Position numbers and translations under genes: made by a program. From positions 1-22,632 of the forward strand of contig CAXGMD010000056.1 of NCBI GenBank assembly GCA_964010765.1: a stretch of DNA of 22,632 nucleotides. Reading direction: 5' to 3'. The stretch is from an uncultured bacterium (GTDB taxonomy: Bacteria > SAR324 > NAC60-12). Below are positions 17,416-22,632 of the stretch, piece after piece. The first letter of the stretch is position 1. Each line of letters opens with the position of its first letter. The notes under the pieces were generated by a model. That model worked only from the letters and a program-made list of their open reading frames with translations, searched no databases and was not told the DNA's origin.

Positions 17416-17835
17416 ATGGAAAAAGTGATTAAATCAGAAAAGGAATGGAGGGATCAACTGACCTCAGAGGAATTTTACGTTTGTCGACAAAAAGGAACTG
17501 AGCGAGCCTTCACAGGGACTTATAATCAATACAAAAAACCTGGAACCTACGTTTGTACGTGTTGCGGTCAGTCATTGTTTGATGCAAACGATAAGTTTGA
17601 TTCGGGCACGGGATGGCCGAGTTTTACTAGACCAATCCATCCAGAAGCGGTGGCAACTCAAGTGGATCGGAGTCATTTTATGGTTCGAACTGAGGTCCTT
17701 TGCGCTCGTTGTGATGCGCATCTTGGTCATGTGTTTGAGGATGGCCCAGCCCCAACAGGCCTTCGTTTCTGTATGAACTCCATTTCGCTGAAACATCAGC
17801 CACCTCAGTCACCTCAGTCAGATGAGACAGAATGA
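17416..17835 (+). CDS. msrB: Peptide methionine (R)-sulfoxide reductase MsrB
   Basis: KGTERAFTG, Zn ligands CTCC and CARC, KFDSGTGWPSF, HLGHVFEDGP and catalytic RFCMNS (Cys, not Sec). Confidence 0.97.
   Translation: MEKVIKSEKEWRDQLTSEEFYVCRQKGTERAFTGTYNQYKKPGTYVCTCCGQSLFDANDKFDSGTGWPSFTRPIHPEAVATQVDRSHFMVRTEVLCARCDAHLGHVFEDGPAPTGLRFCMNSISLKHQPPQSPQSDETE
17801..17820 (+). repeat. In-frame 9-bp tandem repeat (CACCTCAGT)x2+CA in the msrB C-terminal tail
   Basis: cacctcagt cacctcagt ca, encoding PQSPQS. Confidence 0.7.
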
Positions 17836-18548
17836 ACCCCGAACAATACCCTGTCGTTTTGCTTCATGGTCTGGCTTGTGATCCTTACCTCTGGGAAACA
17901 ACGGAAGGACACCTTCATAAAGCTGGTTTTGAGGTGCACCAACCTCTTATGCGAAATCAAGATTCCATCTCCAAAATGGCTGAGTTTGTATTGGAGGAAG
18001 TCGAGGGAGAATTCATTCTTGGGGGACTTTCAATGGGTGGCTATGTCTCCTTTGAAATCTGGAGGCAGGCTCCAGAGCGTGTCAAGGCCATGATTCTCTG
18101 TGATACAAAACATCGACTTGATAATCCTGATCGCGTAAAAGCTCGTGAACAGACCATGCAGATGGTTAAAAAAGGAAAATTCGATCAAATGGCTAAGCTT
18201 TTCCATGGGATACTTACCGCTCCAGAGTATTTGCATGATGATGAGAAATCAGAGAAGTTGATGTCGATGATCTATCGAACTTCTCCCGAAGAGTATTTGA
18301 AGCAGCAAGCTGCAATTTTTAAGCGTTCTGACAGTACCGAAACTTTAGTAACGATTGACTGCCCGACCCTGATTTTTTGTGGAGAGCTTGATCAAATCAC
18401 TCCTCCCGCAGTTCACCAGGAAATGGCTAGCAAAATATCAGGAGCTCAACTGGAAATCATCTCAGGAGCTGGACATCTATCCACCCTCGAAGCCGGTGAC
18501 AAGGTTGGGCCGCTCATCTGCAATTGGATACTGGGGCTAGCCGATTGA
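17832..18548 (+). CDS. Alpha/beta fold hydrolase (PcaD/MhpC-like)
   Basis: Oxyanion motif LLHGL, nucleophile GLSMGG, acid ELDQITP and histidine GAGHL. The start overlaps the msrB stop (ATGA). Confidence 0.92.
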   Translation: MNPEQYPVVLLHGLACDPYLWETTEGHLHKAGFEVHQPLMRNQDSISKMAEFVLEEVEGEFILGGLSMGGYVSFEIWRQAPERVKAMILCDTKHRLDNPDRVKAREQTMQMVKKGKFDQMAKLFHGILTAPEYLHDDEKSEKLMSMIYRTSPEEYLKQQAAIFKRSDSTETLVTIDCPTLIFCGELDQITPPAVHQEMASKISGAQLEIISGAGHLSTLEAGDKVGPLICNWILGLAD

Positions 18549-18599
18549 TGAAGATTTTCTCAGCTAAGATTATCTTTACCCTTAGGGGTCAGACACGCT

Positions 18600-18890
18600 G
18601 AGCAATCGATCATCGAACTTTACGATGAATACACACACTCTGGTTTACCACGTCCTCATTTTTCTGGAAAGATTGGCCCAATTGGCGGGGGGAACGACAG
18701 TCGCTCTAGCTTTGATGCCAGTGTTGGAGAATAACTATGCGATGGCTCAGTCAGTATCGGAGCAGGATATCCGGCTAACGACTGGGACTATTGAAATTTC
18801 GTCTCCAAATGGTCCTAAGAAGCCTACGTTGCAAAACCAAAGAACGGTTGTATTCTGGAACCACTACTTCAAGAGCTAGTACCTACCTAG
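18600..18890 (+). pseudogene. Truncated, frameshifted dienelactone hydrolase (YghX-like) remnant
   Basis: Stitched reading: EQSIIELYDEYTHSGLPRPH /+1 in T-run 18659-18663/ FLERLAQLAGGTTVALALMPVLENNYAMAQSVSEQDIRLTTGTIEISSPNGPK /-1 near 18820/ AYVAKPKNG... then TAG at 18888-18890. This matches the characteristic N-terminus of YghX-type hydrolases. There is no in-frame ATG upstream and the catalytic domain is absent. Confidence 0.8.
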
Positions 18891-19048
18891 ATTACCGAGT
18901 TCTTAGCCCGGTCCTCTGATTAGACCAATCCACAGATTCCAATCCCCCCACACGATTTGTTTACTAAAATCATTATCTGACTAAATTAGTGTTCGGCAAA
19001 ATCTGAGGATTTTTTCTTTCTAAAGTGAAAAAGATTTAAAAATTTATT

Positions 19049-19076
19049 TTGCAAGTGCGAAAAAATTAAGTAAACT
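19049..19076 (+). promoter_or_regulatory. Candidate sigma70 promoter for the small orphan gene, overlapped by two dyads
   Basis: TTGCAA (19049-19054) - 16 nt - TAAACT (19071-19076), with AT-rich sequence upstream. Dyads: TTTTGCA-AG-TGCGAAA (19047-19062) and TAAGT-AA-ACTTA (19067-19078). Confidence 0.45.
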
Positions 19077-19127
19077 TACTAAACATCAGTTGGAAATTTA
19101 TTAACAATTCTTTCTACAGGAGACAAT

Positions 19128-19355
19128 ATGCTTACCGCATATCAAGGATATCATGAAATTGAGCTTAAACGGTATTTCCAGAGTGAGTATCGAGATGACT
19201 GGGAGTATGCAATGATCCAGTTTGTCAACGAGCGAGAAGTGAAAAAAAGCGAGTCTGTTCGAAAATTTTTTCTCAAGGCTTGGCAAGGGCTGCTAGATTT
19301 TGCTGGTATTCACAAGCACTACAGGCTTGATCACAAGCATCCACAAGCTGTCTAA
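19128..19355 (+). CDS. Small hypothetical protein (75 aa)
   Basis: Strong AGGAG RBS at 19118-19122, 5 nt before the ATG, with a candidate promoter upstream and a hairpin downstream. The sequence is protein-like, with ELKRYFQSEYRDDWEYA and a His-containing tail. Confidence 0.75.
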   Translation: MLTAYQGYHEIELKRYFQSEYRDDWEYAMIQFVNEREVKKSESVRKFFLKAWQGLLDFAGIHKHYRLDHKHPQAV

Positions 19356-19366
19356 ACATCGTTTGA

Positions 19367-19406
19367 AGGCAGGAGGTCTCGACAAAGATGCGGGGCCTTC
19401 CTGCTT
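19367..19406 (+). terminator. GC-rich stem-loop 3' of the small gene (terminator-like or transcript-stabilising; lacks an immediate U-tract)
   Basis: AGGCAGGAGGTCTCG-acaaagatg-CGGGGCCTTCCTGCTT forms an approximately 15-bp stem with G-U pairs and one bulge. Confidence 0.55.
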
Positions 19407-19659
19407 ACCTAAATTTTCAAGCGATCATTACATTCATCAACAACCTCTTTCAACTCCCAACTAAGTTTAAATTTTTTAGTTCAGATCAGATATCGAAGGC
19501 TCAATCAGGCCTAATTTGTACTCTCCGAAAATCTTCTATCAATCCCTTCTTTGTCATAGTAAAAAAATCCAAGGGTGGACACCCAAAGGGATCTACGGCA
19601 GACTGTTGCCCATTGGTTTAATGAGTGTCATGTAAATTCGACTCTTCAATCACCCGCTC

Positions 19660-20094
19660 TTGATGTTTAGCAAACTCTCCCAATCGTCTCAGTTTTGGAT
19701 AACGTTGGCCCTAGTGGTGGCTGTCCACTTGCTCATGATATTTGTAGCGCTGATGGATTATCAAACGATGGATCCTACCTTGTCTAATGAGAAAAAGGAG
19801 GAGTCATTAGTCGCGAAATCAGAGTCCCCATGTGATGGAACAGATCTGACTGGCAAAAACAGGGAAGTAGTGGGAGATCGGGTGAACCTGAGAGTCGGAC
19901 CTGGAACCACGTTTGAAAGGGTTACCTACGTAAATCCCAACGATGCAGATCAGGAATTGGTGGCCAGGTTGGAATCCGGCATGAGGGTTGTTGAGCAGTG
20001 TGTCTCAGGAGGTTGGGCAAGAGTGATGGTTGAACGACCAGCCCGTTACAAAGAAAGCCACCAAGGCTGGGTTGCTCGGGAGTATCTTCAATAA
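19660..20094 (+). CDS. Membrane-anchored bacterial SH3 (SH3b) domain protein
   Basis: N-terminal TM helix (FWITLALVVAVHLLMIFVALM) and SH3b signature VVGDRVNLRVGPGTTF...GWARV...GWVAREYL. Start is TTG 19660 or ATG 19663. Confidence 0.82.
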   Translation: MMFSKLSQSSQFWITLALVVAVHLLMIFVALMDYQTMDPTLSNEKKEESLVAKSESPCDGTDLTGKNREVVGDRVNLRVGPGTTFERVTYVNPNDADQELVARLESGMRVVEQCVSGGWARVMVERPARYKESHQGWVAREYLQ

Positions 20095-20107
20095 TATTTA
20101 GTGCACT

Positions 20108-21193
20108 TCAGATGTAATCTGGCTCTTTGATGCCATATTTTTCTCCAAGTCTGCTGAATTCTTCTTCCAAATAAGCCGGGATTGGGACTCCAAGCTCGGA
20201 TCTTTCTTCCTTGACCCGCCACTCACGATCTCCAGGTGCCATAACAGCCATTCCGTCTTGCGCTGGCAAGGCACGTAGTTCCTGTAAATAGTTCTGCATC
20301 AATTCCATGAAAGTGGCACGAGAAACAAACAGGTCCGGCTTAAGAACTATAAAAAATTGGCCAAGATGCCTGGGAATGGACATGTCGTCAGAGTTCATCT
20401 TTAAGATTTGTGAACAAAAAGGCATACCAGTCAGAGGCGAACAAAGCACTTCAATCATACCGCCAAGAGCTGCACCCTTATAGCTATAGTCGTTACCACC
20501 AAAGGACTTAAGCGCAACGGCTTCTTTGTGATTCCTCGTTAGCTGTCCGTTTTTATCGACAGCAATATCATCAGGTAACGGACGACCCTGTGCTCCATAA
20601 TCAGCCACCCGATTCCAAGGAACACAACTAGTAGCCATGTCTATCAGGTAAGGCGTATCATTGTCTAATGGTGCTGCGAAGGCGATGGGGTTTGTGCCAT
20701 GAAAGGGCTTTTTTGATCCATGAGGCAAAACAAGTGTGTCTGTATTAGAAAATCCAAAGGCCAGGAATCCCTCATTTGCAGCTTCTTCAACGTAACTACC
20801 AAGAGCTCCAAGATGGGAGGAGTGAATCACTGAAATCATACTGATCCCATAAGTTTTGGCTCTTCGAATTCCCTCCTCAATCGCACGATAAGATGCATAA
20901 TGTCCGAAGCCGTTGTTAGCATTGACCTCAACTGCGACTGGGGTTACTTCCCTCACTTCTAATTGCGATTTTCCATTGACACGCCCTCCTCTAACAACCT
21001 TTTCATAGTGTGGCAGTAATCGTACACCATGGCTATCCACACCTTTTACAGAGGCTGAGCAGAGAGCTTTGGCCACTGCTGTAGCGCTCTCACTTCGGGT
21101 TCCTGCTTTTTCCAGAATAGTTATCAGGTACTGGTTCAATTCCTCTAAGGAGGAACGCTTCATTTGATTTTCCCAGTCTCGATTCGCACTCAT
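20108..21193 (-). CDS. Ldh_2 family (type 2 malate/L-lactate/ureidoglycolate dehydrogenase-like) oxidoreductase
   Basis: GVDSHGVRLL, HSSHLGAL, GTNPIAF, DMATS, YKGAAL and PGDRE motifs. Confidence 0.92.
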   Translation of the reverse strand: MSANRDWENQMKRSSLEELNQYLITILEKAGTRSESATAVAKALCSASVKGVDSHGVRLLPHYEKVVRGGRVNGKSQLEVREVTPVAVEVNANNGFGHYASYRAIEEGIRRAKTYGISMISVIHSSHLGALGSYVEEAANEGFLAFGFSNTDTLVLPHGSKKPFHGTNPIAFAAPLDNDTPYLIDMATSCVPWNRVADYGAQGRPLPDDIAVDKNGQLTRNHKEAVALKSFGGNDYSYKGAALGGMIEVLCSPLTGMPFCSQILKMNSDDMSIPRHLGQFFIVLKPDLFVSRATFMELMQNYLQELRALPAQDGMAVMAPGDREWRVKEERSELGVPIPAYLEEEFSRLGEKYGIKEPDYI

Positions 21194-21209
21194 CGAATGT
21201 CTCTGTTGA

Positions 21210-22632
21210 TTAGGCTGTAACCGTTTGCCTCAATATTGAACGGACCCCATTCTCCGTTAGTTCTTGAAGGACTGAGGTAAGTTGCTGAAAGAAAATAGTA
21301 TGATTTGCTAGGTCCCTGCCGAAGATTTCCTCTATTTGCAGTAATTGATTAACGTACTCTGAAGTTTTTTCAGTATTTAAATGACCATTCAGGAATCCAG
21401 ACTCTTGGGCAAGCTGTTGCAGCTTTGGAGTGAGGGGGTCCTGCACCTCAAAAGCAATCCCATTCTCCTGAATTCCCGTCACGTAGCGCATCCATCCTGC
21501 AATGGCGAGCAGGATCCTTTTTGGAAGTCGATTGGCAGCAAGATGATCGCGGAGGGTGCCTAATAATCGTTGAGGAAGTTTCTGAGAGCCATCCATCGCA
21601 ATTTGATAGAGGCGATGGTGGAGTTCTGGGTTTTGATAGCGTGCCATCAGGTCATGAGCATAGGACTGAAGATCAATCCCTGAGGGCATACTTAGAGTTG
21701 GAATGATCTCATCCTGCCACATTCCAAGGAGGAGCTGTTGAAAATCAGAATCATTAGCTGCATCAGCAACAAACTCGTGGCCTGCCATGAAGCCTAAGTA
21801 AGCTAAGGTAGAGTGTGTGCCATTAAGCATTCTTAATTTCATATGCTCGAATGGTGTTACATCATTAACCATGGTTACCCCGACATTTTCCCAAGCTGGA
21901 CGCCCTGCACAGAAATTATCCTCGAGGACCCATTGAGAAAAACCCTCAGTGACCACCACCCCTTGATCTTCTAAGCCAAGCTGCTTTTGCACAATCTGAC
22001 GATCTTTCTCTGTAGTTGCAGGTACGATCCGGTCAACCATTGAGCTTGGACAGGTAACTCTGTCTTCGATCCAGTCCGCAAGCTCAGCATCACGAAGTTT
22101 TGCAAATTCGATGAGTAGTCCCCTCAGCACTTTGCCGTTGCTCGGCAGGTTGTCACAACTAACAATGCTGAACGGACCTAATTCTTGTTTCCAACGCCGA
22201 TAAAGTGCTTCACAAAGATAACCCAAGGCGGAGCTTGGTTGATTTGTGTTTTCGAGATCAGCTATTACTTGAGGATGTTTCTGGTTTAAACGACCCGTAG
22301 CTGGATCGTGGCAGTAGCCCTTTTCTGTGACTGTTAAGGAAACAATTTTGGTTTCTGGGTGACAAAGCTGATTGAGAACAGCTGCTGGGCTCTCAGGAGC
22401 ACAAAGTACCTCACGAACCGCTCCGATGACTTCCATGCGCTGCCCGCTGCGATCATTTTCCACAAGAGTGTAGAATCCATCTTGGGGAGCCAATTGATCT
22501 CGCACATTTGGGCTCCTAAGACTAATCCCGGAAATAGACCAGTTCCCGGGGTATAGGCTCAGTAACTTGTCGGTATACCAAGCCTGGTGAGCACGATGAA
22601 AGGCGCCGATACCGAGATGAACAATACCAATC
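21210..22632 (-). CDS. uxuB: Mannitol dehydrogenase family protein, D-mannonate oxidoreductase / fructuronate reductase (5' end off the window)
   Basis: The frame stays open beyond the ORF-track start to the window edge: IGIVHLGIGAFHRAHQAWYTD...GISLRS. Other motifs: SLTVTEKGY, SCDNL, SMVDRIVP, QWVLED, KLRMLNGTHS and QIAMDGSQKLPQR. Confidence 0.88.
   Translation of the reverse strand, partial: IGIVHLGIGAFHRAHQAWYTDKLLSLYPGNWSISGISLRSPNVRDQLAPQDGFYTLVENDRSGQRMEVIGAVREVLCAPESPAAVLNQLCHPETKIVSLTVTEKGYCHDPATGRLNQKHPQVIADLENTNQPSSALGYLCEALYRRWKQELGPFSIVSCDNLPSNGKVLRGLLIEFAKLRDAELADWIEDRVTCPSSMVDRIVPATTEKDRQIVQKQLGLEDQGVVVTEGFSQWVLEDNFCAGRPAWENVGVTMVNDVTPFEHMKLRMLNGTHSTLAYLGFMAGHEFVADAANDSDFQQLLLGMWQDEIIPTLSMPSGIDLQSYAHDLMARYQNPELHHRLYQIAMDGSQKLPQRLLGTLRDHLAANRLPKRILLAIAGWMRYVTGIQENGIAFEVQDPLTPKLQQLAQESGFLNGHLNTEKTSEYVNQLLQIEEIFGRDLANHTIFFQQLTSVLQELTENGVRSILRQTVTA

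Noticed and set aside
17416..17835. Selenocysteine recoding in msrB
   Set aside because: The catalytic residue is TGT (Cys), and the TGA is a normal stop overlapping the next ATG.
18625..18879. 84-aa ORF as an intact gene
   Set aside because: It is the middle frame of the dienelactone hydrolase pseudogene. Its ATG is out of frame with the homologous LYDEYTH N-terminus.
19570..19612. Partial resemblance to the 3' half of a c-di-GMP-I (GEMM) riboswitch (CAAAG...TCTACGGCAG...GTTGCC)
   Set aside because: No GGCAAA/GNRA P2 hairpin, and P3 is too short.
19388..19621. 77-aa plus-strand ORF
   Set aside because: It starts inside the hairpin loop after the small gene and has no recognisable motifs. 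The upstream AGGAGG is sequestered in the stem.
1..22632. CRISPR array, tRNA/rRNA, IS or integrase, prophage, anti-phage defence system
   Set aside because: I saw no regularly spaced repeats, cloverleaf, recombinase or transposase motifs. The PIN, TerB and AAA+ domains present fit housekeeping or stress families rather than a defence cassette.

Overview
Gene-dense bacterial chromosomal window of moderate GC. Gene content and protein style suggest a marine deltaproteobacterial lineage such as SAR324, but this is inference and cannot be proven from the window. From left to right: (1) a minus-strand envelope/lipid operon, plsC - TerB-like - AI-2E transporter - GnnA-like Gfo/Idh/MocA oxidoreductase - lptF - lolA (lolA runs off the left edge and is missing from the ORF track); (2) a PIN-PhoH ATPase; (3) a Cys-rich nitronate monooxygenase/FabX-like flavoprotein divergent from an XRE-HTH regulator, with a repeat-rich spacer between them; (4) a yeaH(DUF444)-spoVR-prkA operon in non-canonical order, ending in a long, atypical PrkA AAA+ protein; (5) a FIST - EamA - GST(YfcG) - csaA cluster divergent from msrB and an alpha/beta hydrolase; (6) a variable patch holding a doubly frameshifted dienelactone hydrolase remnant, an AT-rich promoter region, a 75-aa orphan gene with a downstream hairpin, and a membrane-anchored SH3b protein; (7) an Ldh_2-family oxidoreductase and a UxuB-like mannonate/mannitol dehydrogenase that runs off the right edge. 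I saw no tRNA, rRNA, CRISPR array, integrase or transposase. I cannot claim a new system. The best leads are the atypical PrkA/vWA/SpoVR module, the FabX-like Fe-S flavoprotein with its regulator, and the orphan small protein.
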